From Pseudonocardia sp. (lineage in GTDB: Bacteria; Actinomycetota; Actinomycetes; Mycobacteriales; Pseudonocardiaceae), in contig DASXJJ010000061.1 of NCBI GenBank assembly GCA_036497465.1, forward strand, positions 11,534 to 75,533: DNA of 64,000 nucleotides, given 5' to 3'. A program made the translations under genes and the position numbers. The notes under the pieces were generated by a model. The model was not told the DNA's origin, made no database searches, and worked only from the letters and a program-made list of their open reading frames with translations. Shown here in pieces: positions 10,247-20,163 of this stretch (its first letter is position 1; the number at the start of each line of letters is the position of its first letter).

Positions 10247-11037
10247 ACGTGCCGCACCCAGTGCTCGAGCAGCGCGGCGTCGCCGAACACCTGTAGCCGT
10301 TCGTCGTCCGGGCCGATCCGCCCGACCAGCACCAGCAGCAGGTCGGTCGCCGTGCCGCGCACCGCCACGTCGCCCTTCTCGTGGCCGTGCTCCCAGCTCG
10401 CCCCATCGGGGCCGCGCCGGATCAGCCACTCGCCCGCCTCGCCCAGCCCGTCGTCGGTGCTGTGCAGGTGCAGCCTCTGGCCGTCGCCGCGCATCGTCTC
10501 CACCAGGTCGGGTCGGCCGCCGCGGGAGCGGGCCCCTGGCGAGGTGACCAGCTCCAGCCACTCGGTGATCGCGTCGGCGGCCAGGTCGGCGTCCAGCGTG
10601 AACGGGGCGCCGACGGTCAGCGCCGCGTCCGCGCGGTGGACGGCCGTCTCGTGCACCATCCGGCGCAGCCAGAACCCGCCGGTGCCGGGCACCCCGGTGA
10701 AGTTCCAGACCGGGTCCGCCCCGGCCGCGCGCACAGCGGTCCGCAGCGCGCCGGCCCCCTCGGTCAGCCAGCCGCCGAGGCCGGCCGGGTCGTCCGGGGT
10801 CGGGTGGGTGCCCGGTGCGGCGAGCTCGGCCGGCCCGGAGACCCGCCGGCGCACCACGTCCTGGGCGAACCGGTGGCCCCGGCCCACGTGCTCGGCGAGC
10901 TCGCGCAGGTTCCAGTCCGGGCAGCTGGGCACCTGCCGGCCCAGGTCGGCGTCCGTCGCGGCGTCGAGCAGCGCGGCGAGCTGCCCGGTCTGGGCGGGCA
11001 GGGCGGCGGAGTAGCGGTCCTCGGTCAGCGTCGGCAC
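10237..11037 (-). CDS. Mycothiol-dependent maleylpyruvate isomerase-family (MDMPI) protein
   Basis: VPSCPDW.LRELAEHVG, FWLRRMVHETAVHRADA. Confidence 0.92.
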   Translation of the reverse strand: MPTLTEDRYSAALPAQTGQLAALLDAATDADLGRQVPSCPDWNLRELAEHVGRGHRFAQDVVRRRVSGPAELAAPGTHPTPDDPAGLGGWLTEGAGALRTAVRAAGADPVWNFTGVPGTGGFWLRRMVHETAVHRADAALTVGAPFTLDADLAADAITEWLELVTSPGARSRGGRPDLVETMRGDGQRLHLHSTDDGLGEAGEWLIRRGPDGASWEHGHEKGDVAVRGTATDLLLVLVGRIGPDDERLQVFGDAALLEHWVRHVYF

Positions 11038-11282
11038 GCCCGGCAGGTTACCCACCGCCCCGCACCCCGGCCGCCGTATTCGCTGCGTGTCGTACCCATC
11101 ACCGCTGGTCACAGCGGCTGCGCGGGGCGACGTGGGCGGGATGTCGACGTTGATCTTGCCGGCGTTACAGGACTGCCCGTTTCAGGTGAATCGCCGAGAA
11201 ATGTGCAGCATCCCGGCCTGCCGCGGCGATGACATCACTGAGCCGGCGAGATGCTGGCAAGGAACACCAGGAGGGCCGAGGA

Positions 11283-11708
11283 ATGAACGAGAACACCCGC
11301 ATCGACCGCGTCACGCAGGACATGTTCGCGGTCCTGCGCGGCCAGGAGACGCCGCTGCTGACCCGGTGGGCCTACCGGTCCGACGACCCGTTCGCCGTGA
11401 TGATGTCCATCGCCCGGCCCAGCGGCCGCTGGATCGACTGGCTCATGTCGCGCGACCTGCTGGTCGAGGGCCTGACCCGCGAGGTCGGCCTGGGCGACGT
11501 CCGGCTGACCCCGTTCACCGACGAGGAGTTCGACATCGTCGAGGTCCGGATCGGCGACGACGAGGGCTTCGCGTCCCTGGAGTTCGACCGCGACCTGATC
11601 GAGCGGTTCGTCCGCTCGTCCTTCGAGATCGTCGCCGAGGGCGAGGAGTCGACCGTCATCGACGTCGAGGCCGAGATCGAGAAGATCACCAACAGCTGCA
11701 CCGGCTGA
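11283..11708 (+). CDS. SsgA-like sporulation/cell-division protein
   Basis: YRSDDPFAV, WLMSRDLLVEGL, GLGDVR..P, FV..S..IV..GEES. Confidence 0.88.
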   Translation: MNENTRIDRVTQDMFAVLRGQETPLLTRWAYRSDDPFAVMMSIARPSGRWIDWLMSRDLLVEGLTREVGLGDVRLTPFTDEEFDIVEVRIGDDEGFASLEFDRDLIERFVRSSFEIVAEGEESTVIDVEAEIEKITNSCTG

Positions 11709-11751
11709 GCACCCCGCTCAGCACGACCCTCGGCCTGGGGCCGGTGGGCGG

Positions 11752-13413
11752 TCAGCCGCGAATGCGGCTCTGCTCGCCGGCCCACTCCTTTTCCCGGAGC
11801 TCGAACTTCTGGATCTTCCCGGTGGACGTCTTGGGCAGCTCGGCCACGAACTCCACCGCCCTCGGGGCCTTGTACCGCGCGATCCGCGCCCGCACGTGCT
11901 CGAGCAGCTCCTCCTCGGACACCGACGCCCCGCTCTTGAGCACCGCGAACGCCTTCGGCCGCTCGCCCCACCGCTCGTCCGGCACGCCGATCACCGCCAC
12001 CTCCAGCACCGCCGGGTGGGACACGATCGCCTGCTCGACCTCGACGGTCGAGATGTTCTCCCCGCCGGAGACCACCACGTCCTTGGCCCGGTCGCGCAGC
12101 TCCACGTAGCCGTCCGGGTGCATCACGCCCAGGTCGCCGGAGTGGAACCAGCCGCCGAGGAACGCCCTGGCGGTGCCCTCGCGGTCGTCGAAGTAGCCGG
12201 CCATCACGTTGTTGCCGCGCATCACGATCTCGCCCATGGTGGCGCCGTCCGCCGGCACGTCGTTCATCTCGCCGTCGACCACCCGCAGCCGGTCGGCGGT
12301 GATCATCCCGACGCCCTGCCTGGCCTGCAGCCGGGCGCGCTCCTCGCCGGCCAGCTCCGCCCAGGCCGGCTGGAACTGGTTCACCGAGTACGGGCCGTAG
12401 GTCTCGGTGAGGCCGTAGACGTGCACGATCCGGAACCCCATCCCCTCGGCGTTCAGGATGGTGGTCGGCGACGGCGGCGCCCCGGCCGTGGTGACCACCA
12501 GCTGGTAGTCCAGCGTGATCGCCTCCGGGGCGTTCATGATCGTGGTGACCACCGTGGGCGCGCCGTTGAGGTGGGTCACCCGGTGCTCGCCGATCAGCCG
12601 CCAGATCGCGTCGCCGCGCACCTCCCGCAGGCAGACGTGGGTGCCGCCGATCGCGGTCACCGCCCACGGGGTGCACCAGCCGTTGCAGTGGAACATCGGC
12701 AGCGTCCAGAGGTACACCGAGTCTGGGCTGTGCGCCGAGTGCACGATCTCGGCCAGCGAGTTCAGGTGCGCACCCCGGTGGGTGTACATCACGCCCTTGG
12801 GCCGGCCGGTGGTGCCCGAGGTGTAGTTGATCGAGATCGTGGCCAGCTCGTCGTCCACCGCCCAGGTCACCGGCTCCCCGGTGGCGCCCCTGGCCACGAA
12901 GTCCGGATAGCCGGCGGTCACCTCACCGGGGACGTCACCGGGCGCGGCCGGGTCGACCAGCGTGACGATCTCCGCGACGGTCTGCAGCTCGGCGGCCACC
13001 GGGGCGATCGTCGGGTGCAGCCCCGCGTCCACCACCAGCAGCTTCGCGCCGCTGTGGTCCAGGATGTAACGGACCTCCTCGCTGGCCAGCCGGGTGTTGA
13101 CGGCCACCAGGACGGCGCCGGCCAGCGGCACCGCGAAGTGCGCGACCAACATCTCCGGCAGGTTCGGCACCAGGTAGGCCACCCGGTCGCCGGGCCGGAT
13201 CCCGGACGCGCGCAGCGCCCGGGCGACCCGCGCCACCTCGTCGGCGAACTCGGCGTAGCTGTACCGCCGCTCGCCGTACACGATCGCCGTCTTGTCCGGG
13301 TACACGTCCGCACTGCGCCGCAGGAAGGCCAGCGGGGTGAGCTGGGTGGTGAACACCTCGCCGAACTCGGGGCTGCTCGGGGAACCCATCGGGCACACCT
13401 CCACCAGGTCCAT
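11752..13413 (-). CDS. Acyl-CoA synthetase (AMP-binding)
   Basis: YTSGTTGRPKG, MFHCNGW, YGLTET, GWFHSGDLG, LPKTSTGKIQK; start may be 13389. Confidence 0.95.
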   Translation of the reverse strand: MDLVEVCPMGSPSSPEFGEVFTTQLTPLAFLRRSADVYPDKTAIVYGERRYSYAEFADEVARVARALRASGIRPGDRVAYLVPNLPEMLVAHFAVPLAGAVLVAVNTRLASEEVRYILDHSGAKLLVVDAGLHPTIAPVAAELQTVAEIVTLVDPAAPGDVPGEVTAGYPDFVARGATGEPVTWAVDDELATISINYTSGTTGRPKGVMYTHRGAHLNSLAEIVHSAHSPDSVYLWTLPMFHCNGWCTPWAVTAIGGTHVCLREVRGDAIWRLIGEHRVTHLNGAPTVVTTIMNAPEAITLDYQLVVTTAGAPPSPTTILNAEGMGFRIVHVYGLTETYGPYSVNQFQPAWAELAGEERARLQARQGVGMITADRLRVVDGEMNDVPADGATMGEIVMRGNNVMAGYFDDREGTARAFLGGWFHSGDLGVMHPDGYVELRDRAKDVVVSGGENISTVEVEQAIVSHPAVLEVAVIGVPDERWGERPKAFAVLKSGASVSEEELLEHVRARIARYKAPRAVEFVAELPKTSTGKIQKFELREKEWAGEQSRIRG

Positions 13414-13576
13414 GACCAGCTCGGCGCGACGGACGTCGCCCGCGCTGGCCGACCCTACGGCGCGCCGCGCCCGTCCCGCCAGAGATCGGGAGTGATCCTG
13501 ATGCGTGGGCCTTCTCGAGAACCCGCTCCGGCCCCGGCCGGCACCGGAGCCGCCGTCGTCCCCGCCGGCCGCGAGC

Positions 13577-14404
13577 TCAGCCGGTGCTGGTCGGGACCGG
13601 CTGCGCGGCCACGAACGGCAGCACCTCGGCGAGGAACTCCTCGGTGCGCTCCAGGCCGAGCGCGTGGCTGGACCCCGGCCCGGAGAAGATCTTGAGCTGG
13701 GCGTTCGGGATCAGCTCGGCCACCTTCGCGCACTGCCACGGCGGGGTCAGCAGGTCCTGGTCGCCGCCGATCACCAGGGTCGGGACGTCGAGGCCGGGCA
13801 GCCGAGCGGCGGTGTTGTGCGCGAGGTCGGCGTCGAACTGCTCCACCGTCGTCCGCACCGCCGTCTCGGTGCTCGGGAAGTAGGGGAGCAACTGCTCCAT
13901 CATCGCGCCGAAGTCCGGCGAGTTGAGCAGCTCCGGGGAGAACGCGAGGCCCAGCGCGGCCATCGCGGTCTGGGTGTCGCCGGTGTCCCACGGGTGGCGC
14001 AGCGCGGCGAGCATGCTGGCCTGGAAGCCGTCCATCACCGGCCAGGTGCCCCAGAGCACCAGCGAGGCCACCTTCTCCGGCGCGGCCAGCGCCAGCTCCT
14101 GGGCCACCGCCGAGCCCAGTGACCAGCCCAGCACGTGCGCCCGGGACACCCCGACCGCGTCCAGCACCGCCGCCGCGTCCTCGGCCATGCCGGCCATCGA
14201 GATCGGCCCGCCGCCGCGCTCGGAGTCGCCGATGCCGCGGTGGTTGTAGCTGATCACGTGGTAGTTCTCGGCGAGGCCGGCGCCGAGCGCGCCCCACAGC
14301 GCGTAGTGCTGGGACGTGCCGCAGACCAGCAGCAGCGACGGGTTCGCCCGGTCCCCGCTCTCCACCACGTCCAGCCGCACCCCGGTACCGATCTCCAGCA
14401 GCAT
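13577..14404 (-). CDS. Alpha/beta hydrolase
   Basis: GWSLG nucleophile elbow, DLLTP, SH; RBS GGAGG. Confidence 0.92.
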   Translation of the reverse strand: MLLEIGTGVRLDVVESGDRANPSLLLVCGTSQHYALWGALGAGLAENYHVISYNHRGIGDSERGGGPISMAGMAEDAAAVLDAVGVSRAHVLGWSLGSAVAQELALAAPEKVASLVLWGTWPVMDGFQASMLAALRHPWDTGDTQTAMAALGLAFSPELLNSPDFGAMMEQLLPYFPSTETAVRTTVEQFDADLAHNTAARLPGLDVPTLVIGGDQDLLTPPWQCAKVAELIPNAQLKIFSGPGSSHALGLERTEEFLAEVLPFVAAQPVPTSTG

Positions 14405-14507
14405 GTCGCCTCCGTGCGATCTCCTCGGGTGACTCTCCCCGATGCCCGTCGGAGAGTCTGCCAGCGGATCGGCGTACCGGCCCGCTGATTCGATTACCCT
14501 TCGGTAG

Positions 14508-14954
14508 GTGGACTTCCTGGAGATCGCCGATCGGACCTGGCCGGTCATCCGCCGCGTCACCTCGGTGCACACCACCCTGTACCGCGCGACCAACGGCCGG
14601 CTCGGCCACCACGTGCCCGGGGCACCGGCCATGCTGCTGCTCGACCACGTCGGCGCCCGGACCGGCGCCCGACGCACGACACCGCTGGTCTACACCACCG
14701 ACGGGGACAACCTGGTGATCGTGGCCTCCAAGGGTGGCCACCCCCAGCACCCGGCCTGGTATCACAACCTGCGCGCCCATCCGGACACCATCGTGCAGCT
14801 CGGCGACGAGCGGCGGGCCGTGCGCGCCCGGGTGGCCGAGCCGATCGAGCGCGCCCGGCTGTGGCCGCTGGTGGTGCGCACCTACGCCGGCTTCGAGACC
14901 TACCAGAAACGCACCGGACGGGAGATCCCGCTGGTCGTGCTGGAACGCCGGTGA
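14508..14954 (+). CDS. F420H2-dependent (deazaflavin) nitroreductase, Ddn-like
   Basis: GARTG.RRTTPL, VASKGG..HPAWYHNL, YQKRTGREIPLVVL. Confidence 0.93.
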   Translation: MDFLEIADRTWPVIRRVTSVHTTLYRATNGRLGHHVPGAPAMLLLDHVGARTGARRTTPLVYTTDGDNLVIVASKGGHPQHPAWYHNLRAHPDTIVQLGDERRAVRARVAEPIERARLWPLVVRTYAGFETYQKRTGREIPLVVLERR

Positions 14955-15334
14955 GCGCCGCGTCCGCCGCCCGGTTCCGGGCCGCCGTCGAGGCCGGCGA
15001 CCTGGAAGTGGCGCTGAGCCTGTTCGCCGACGACGTGCTGTTCCACAGCCCGGTGGTGCACCGGCCCTACCAGGGCAAGGAGGCGCTGGGCACGGTCCTG
15101 CGCGCGGTGTTCACCGTGTTCGAGAACTTCCGGTACACCGCCGAGTACGGCGGGCCGGACGGCCACGTGCTCAGCTTCCGCGCCGAGGTGGACGGCCTGG
15201 AGTTGGAGGGTGTCGACATCCTGCGCGCCACCCCCGACCCGGACGACCCGATCACCGAGCTGACCGTGCTCATCCGGCCGTATTCGGCGGCCACCGCCGT
15301 CAAGGAGCGGATGGCCGCGCAGCTGCGCGACTGA
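14951..15334 (+). CDS. NTF2/SnoaL-like protein
   Basis: FRAAVEAGD, LFADDV.FHSPV, EGVD, TVLIRP; GTGA overlap. Confidence 0.88.
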   Translation: MSAASAARFRAAVEAGDLEVALSLFADDVLFHSPVVHRPYQGKEALGTVLRAVFTVFENFRYTAEYGGPDGHVLSFRAEVDGLELEGVDILRATPDPDDPITELTVLIRPYSAATAVKERMAAQLRD

Positions 15335-15648
15335 CCCGCACCACCGGCACCGCGACGGCGGTGGCGGTGTCCGCCCCGACCGTCACGGCCGCGCTGGTCG
15401 GGGCGACCAGTGGCATCGGCGGCGGGGTGATCCGCGACGTGCTGCCGCGCGAGGTGCCGCTGGTGCTGCACCGGGAGATCTACGCGCTGCCCGCCGTGCT
15501 CGGCTCCACGCTGATCGCCTGCGGGCACCGGCTGGGCTGGCCACTCCCGCCGACCCTGGCCGTCGCCGCCGTCCTGGTCGCGGGAATTCATTTGGTCGCC
15601 CTGTGGCGACACTGGCAGGCTCCACGACCGCGCAGGCCGCGGAACTGA
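15335..15648 (+). pseudogene. C-terminal remnant of a TRIC/UPF0126 (YadS-like) membrane protein
   Basis: GIGGGVIRDVL.REVPLVL..EIYALPA; N-terminal half and RBS absent. Confidence 0.75.
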
Positions 15649-15906
15649 CCGCTCGGCGCAGAAAGTCACCGCTCGTCGCCGTGGGTGAGGCCGATAACCC
15701 GCCTTTCGTCGGGAAAAACGCCCCTACCAGCGACGACACCCCGGGCTCCCGGTTGGTGTAACCGCCATCTCCTTCGTAAGCTGCCCCGGTACATCACGAT
15801 CCGATCTCCACGCCTGGATCCGAGCCGGCCTCCCCACCGGCTCACCGGACCCCGAACCGGACCGCCAGGCCACGAGAACGCCGGTCGCGGAAAGGCAGAG
15901 AACTTC

Positions 15907-16863
15907 GTGGCTCGTCACCGCTCCCCAGGCGGCCGCGCAACGGTCTCGGCATACGTGCCGACACCCGACGCGCGCCGTATGAAGTCCGACCATGGGTTCG
16001 TCATGTCTCCGGCCGCCCCCGCGGCCGAGATGAGACCACCCGTGATCGAGCCGTACCCGATGGCCGACGACAACGACACGGTCGTGTTCGACGCCATCCC
16101 GACTCCCGGCGCTCGGCGCGCGGCGCATCGCGCCCTGCCCAAGCCGACCGTCCGGGGCAACACGGTGGTCGGTGCCACCGCCGCGCTCGGCGCGGTGGTC
16201 ACCGGTGGCCTGATGGCGGCCAACCCCAGCGGCACCGGTCCGACCGCGGACGCGGCCGAGTCCACGCTGCCGCCGACCAACCTGGCCGCGGCCACCCAGC
16301 CGCTGCACATCCAGCCGGTCAGCGCGGACTCCGCGATCAGCCAGGTCAACGTGGCCAACGCGAGCACCGCACTGCTGCCGACCGCGGTGCCCGGCGAGCG
16401 CCAGTCCTCGGTCGACCAGCGCGACGTGGAGGCCCTGCACAAGGGTGAGACGCTGGCCGCCGAGGCCGCCGCGCAGCACGCGATCGCGGCCAAGCAGGCC
16501 AACATCCTCGCCGGCGGCGGAAACCTGAACGACTGGATCAGCGTCTCGCTGACCAAGCTGAACCTCGACCAGTCGTTGGCCAGCGGGGTGAAGCGGGTGA
16601 TCATGGCGGAGTCCCGGGGCAACCCGCACGCCATCAACCGGACGGACAGCAACGCGCTCGCCGGCCGCCCGTCCCAGGGGCTGATGCAGGTCATCCCCAG
16701 CACGTTCCGCGCGTACGTGCTCCCGGAGTTCGCCAACCGGCCGATCACCGACCCGATCGCCAACATCACCGCCGGCATCCGCTACATGATCGCCAACTAC
16801 GGGCTGTCCACGCTCAAGGGCGGCGGCCGTAGCGACGGCTCCGGAAACTACATCGGGTACTGA
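15907..16863 (+). CDS. Lytic transglycosylase (SLT domain), membrane-anchored/secreted
   Basis: IMAESRGNP.AIN..DSN, SQGLMQVIPSTF, DPIANI.AG.RY; GTG start MARHRS after GAAAGG. Confidence 0.88.
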   Translation: MARHRSPGGRATVSAYVPTPDARRMKSDHGFVMSPAAPAAEMRPPVIEPYPMADDNDTVVFDAIPTPGARRAAHRALPKPTVRGNTVVGATAALGAVVTGGLMAANPSGTGPTADAAESTLPPTNLAAATQPLHIQPVSADSAISQVNVANASTALLPTAVPGERQSSVDQRDVEALHKGETLAAEAAAQHAIAAKQANILAGGGNLNDWISVSLTKLNLDQSLASGVKRVIMAESRGNPHAINRTDSNALAGRPSQGLMQVIPSTFRAYVLPEFANRPITDPIANITAGIRYMIANYGLSTLKGGGRSDGSGNYIGY

Positions 16864-16885
16864 CCCTCCGTTTCTCGAATACCCG

Positions 16886-16916
16886 ACGCCGCCCGGACCA
16901 AACCCCCGGGCGGCGT
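16886..16916. terminator. Hairpin after SLT gene
   Basis: ACGCCGCCCGG / CCGGGCGGCGT 11-bp stem. Confidence 0.65.
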
Positions 16917-17042
16917 TCGTGTGCGCGCTGCGTGCCGCTCAGAGCCGCCCGGGGTACGTGTAGGCGTCCTCCCGGAAGATCGCCGCACACACGACGGCGC
17001 CGCCGAGGCGGACCTCGGCGGCGCCGTGCGGGACGTGGACGC

Positions 17043-18278
17043 TCAGCCGACGCCGGCGAACTCCAGCGCGTCGGCCCAGGACTTCGACTGGGCGATCAGC
17101 CGGCGGTACTTCATGACCTGTGCCGGCCGGTCGATGGTGATGCACCCGGTGATCCGGTCGCCGCGCCGGTAGAGCGCGAGGAAGTTGTCCTCGCCCTTCT
17201 CCTCGGACACCACGCGGATCTCCTCGGCCTGCGGCACCCCGACGAACTGGATCCGGCTCTCGTACCAGTCGGACCAGAAGTACGGGACGGTGGAGCACGC
17301 CTTCTGCTCGTCGTCCGGCTTGAGCGAGTTCTTGGCGGCCAGCGCACCCTGCTCGGAGGCGTTCGTCCAGTGCTCCAGGCGCATCACCAGCCCGTCGAAC
17401 AGCGCGTTCGGGAAGTGCACGATGTCGCCCGCGCCGTACACCCCGGGCACGCCGGTGGACAGGTTCTCGTCGCAGATCAGACCCTTGTCCCGCTCGTGCA
17501 GCTGCACGCCGGAACCCTCCAGCCACCCCGTGCACGGGGCGACACCGGTACCGACCACCACCAGGTCCGCCGGCACGACCGAGCCGTCGTCCAGGCTGAC
17601 GCCGGTGACCTTGCCGTTCTCGCTCTCCAGCCCGGTGACCTTGACGCCGCAGCGCAGGTCGGTGCCGTGGGAGCGGTGCAGCTCGGCGCACGCCTTGCCC
17701 ATGGCCTCGCCGACGGAGCGGACCAGCGGCACCGGCAGCGCCTCCAGCACAGTGACCGGCAGCCCGCGCTTGCGCGCGCCGGAGGCCACCTCGGAGCCGA
17801 TGAACCCGGCCCCGACCACCACGGTGCGCGCGCCGCTGTCCAGCGCCGCGCGCACCGCGATCGCGTCGTCCAGGGTGCGCAACGTGTACACCCCGTCGAT
17901 CTCGTCGGCCCCGGGCAGCGTGCGTGCGGCCGCTCCGGTGGCCACGATCAGCTTGTCGTACTCCAGCTCCGAGTCACCGGGGCCGTCCAGCGAGATCACC
18001 TTGCGGTCCGGGTCGAGGCCCGTCGCCCAGGTGGACAGCCGCAGGTCGAGATCGAGCTCGTCACGCAGCTCCTCCTCGGAGCGGAAGGTGGGCACCTCGG
18101 GCCCGCTCCCGTTCTCCGTCTTGTCGAGGTACGCCTTGGAGAGGGGCGGTCGGTCGTAGGGCAGGTGTTCCTCGCCCCCGACCATGGCCAGAGGACCGCT
18201 GAACCCGGCACGTCGTGCCGCTGATGCCGCGCGCAACCCGGCCAACGACGCGCCCACTACGACCAACCGATCCGTCAC
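17043..18278 (-). CDS. NAD(P)H:ferredoxin reductase
   Basis: GASLAG, PYDRPPLSK, GAGFIGSE, EHW..A, VPYFWSD. Confidence 0.95.
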   Translation of the reverse strand: MTDRLVVVGASLAGLRAASAARRAGFSGPLAMVGGEEHLPYDRPPLSKAYLDKTENGSGPEVPTFRSEEELRDELDLDLRLSTWATGLDPDRKVISLDGPGDSELEYDKLIVATGAAARTLPGADEIDGVYTLRTLDDAIAVRAALDSGARTVVVGAGFIGSEVASGARKRGLPVTVLEALPVPLVRSVGEAMGKACAELHRSHGTDLRCGVKVTGLESENGKVTGVSLDDGSVVPADLVVVGTGVAPCTGWLEGSGVQLHERDKGLICDENLSTGVPGVYGAGDIVHFPNALFDGLVMRLEHWTNASEQGALAAKNSLKPDDEQKACSTVPYFWSDWYESRIQFVGVPQAEEIRVVSEEKGEDNFLALYRRGDRITGCITIDRPAQVMKYRRLIAQSKSWADALEFAGVG

Positions 18279-18340
18279 CGCTGACGACCTCCCAGATCCC
18301 CGACAACACTCACGACTAACTCCCCTAGTACCCGTTTATT

Positions 18341-18535
18341 TCAGTCGTCAACAATCGAGAGCGCCTCGGTGGGGCAGGACTCGACCGCCGCCTCCACCTC
18401 GTCCCGCAGCGACGACCCGGGGCACTCGTTGAGCAGCTTCAGCGTGCCGTCGTCGGACACCTCGAACACGTCCGGTGCCTCCGCCTCACACATGCCCAAA
18501 CCGGTGCACTTGTCCCAGTCGACGACGATACGCAC
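18341..18535 (-). CDS. Ferredoxin, probably [3Fe-4S]
   Basis: CTGLGMC...CP with three Cys. Confidence 0.93.
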   Translation of the reverse strand: MRIVVDWDKCTGLGMCEAEAPDVFEVSDDGTLKLLNECPGSSLRDEVEAAVESCPTEALSIVDD

Positions 18536-18717
18536 TGTTGACCACCCGCCTCATTGCTCTGGTTTCCTCTGAAGGGTAAGGCGTTCTATATCACGGGCAC
18601 ACCCGTCCCCACCTCGGCAAGTGTCGGTTGCGGGTGTCGTCGGGTCATCCCCCCGGGAGGCAGACCTGCTCTCCCTAACGGGGGATACTTCGTGACCGGA
18701 CCGGCGGTACCGCGCGG

Positions 18718-20163
18718 TCAGGCCCGCGCGACAGGATGCTCGGCCCCCGGCACCAGGTCGATGACCTCGGCAAACCCGTCGACCAGGCTGCGCACGAACA
18801 GATCCGGCTCGGTGATCGAGGCGGCGTCGAAGTTCGCGCCCACGCAGCCGATGTCACCCTGCGTGTACAACGTGATCATCGCCGCACAACCGGGCAACGG
18901 CGCGTACGGGTAGGTCCGCTCGATCCGCGCGCCGGCCAGGTACCGGTCGCCCTTGATCCCCGGCACGTTGCTCGCCTGGAGGTCGTTGCCCTTGGTGACC
19001 GGCCCCACCACCTGGGCGATGGCCTGGCCGGGCAGCCGGGACAGCGCCGGGAAGGTCAGCGACACCAGGTCCATCGCCGGCTCCGCCCGAGCGGCCATGA
19101 TCAGCGACCGCACCTCCTCGATCCGCGCCCGGGGGTCGGCCTGGGCGACCGGGCCGGAGAACCGGGCGGAGGCGATCCGGTTGCCGCCCTCCGGGTCCCC
19201 CTGCTTGCGCACCGAGATCGGGATGCCCATCGGGATCGCCTCGACCACCGGCACGCCCATGCCCTCGTGGTAGCGCCGGAACCCGCCGAGCAGGCCGGCC
19301 AGGTACGCGTCGTTGAGCGAGCCGCCGGCCGCCTTGCCCGCCGCCCGCAGCGCCGGGAACGACAGGTCGATCGCGGCGAACCGCCAGCTCAGGCTGCGCT
19401 TGGCCAGCAGCGGCGAGCCCGGCGCGTCCGGCGGCGAGAGCACCCGGCGCAGCGACTGGCCGTACCGGGTGGCGGAACCCAGCGCGCCCATCGGGTCGGA
19501 CAGCGCGTGCCAGGCGCCGGAGCCCACGTCGCGCAGCACCCCCGGCACCGCCCCGAGGTCACCGCGCACCTGGCGCACCACCGAGTCGAGCAGCCCGCTC
19601 GACTCGGCGACCGGCGGGGCGGGCTGCGGCTTGTTCGGGTTCGGCTCCCGCGAGGTGGAGTGCAGCTGGCCGAGCAGCTGCACGCCGCCCATCCCGTCGG
19701 TGGCCGAGTGGTGCATCTTCAGCGCGTAGGCCGCGTGCCCGCCGGGCAGCCCCTCGAACAGCACCGCCTCCCACGGCGGCCGGGCCCGGTCGAACGGCGT
19801 CATGGCGACCTGGGCCACGGCCTCCAGCAACTCGGCCCAGCCACCGCCATCCGGGAGCCGCTGCCGGCGCACGTGGAACCGCAGGTCGAACTCGGGGTCG
19901 ACCACCCAGCGCGGGGCCGTCACCCCGAGCGGCCCGTCCACCACCCGCTGCTGGAACCGGGGCACCATGCGGACCGCCCACTCGTGCGCGGCCACCAGCC
20001 GGTCCCAGTCCGGGACGGCGTCCAGCTCCTCCAGCGCGACGATCGTGGAGCGCAAGCTGGGGTCGGTCTCGGCGCGCCACATCGCCGCCTCGAACGGGTT
20101 CATCTCCTGCCCGGCACCCCAGTCCAGCGGGGCGTCACCGGTACGGCCGTTGTCCTGCGTCAT
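18718..20163 (-). CDS. Wax ester synthase/diacylglycerol acyltransferase
   Basis: HHSATDG (HHxxxDG), RPPWE, SNVPG. Confidence 0.92.
   Translation of the reverse strand: MTQDNGRTGDAPLDWGAGQEMNPFEAAMWRAETDPSLRSTIVALEELDAVPDWDRLVAAHEWAVRMVPRFQQRVVDGPLGVTAPRWVVDPEFDLRFHVRRQRLPDGGGWAELLEAVAQVAMTPFDRARPPWEAVLFEGLPGGHAAYALKMHHSATDGMGGVQLLGQLHSTSREPNPNKPQPAPPVAESSGLLDSVVRQVRGDLGAVPGVLRDVGSGAWHALSDPMGALGSATRYGQSLRRVLSPPDAPGSPLLAKRSLSWRFAAIDLSFPALRAAGKAAGGSLNDAYLAGLLGGFRRYHEGMGVPVVEAIPMGIPISVRKQGDPEGGNRIASARFSGPVAQADPRARIEEVRSLIMAARAEPAMDLVSLTFPALSRLPGQAIAQVVGPVTKGNDLQASNVPGIKGDRYLAGARIERTYPYAPLPGCAAMITLYTQGDIGCVGANFDAASITEPDLFVRSLVDGFAEVIDLVPGAEHPVARA

Noticed and set aside
15650..15906. c-di-AMP (ydaO) riboswitch upstream of the lytic transglycosylase
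   Set aside because: Context fits, but I could not find the conserved GGGGAACC, GGGGTGAA and CCCGTCAGCTAAC segments; cmscan would settle it
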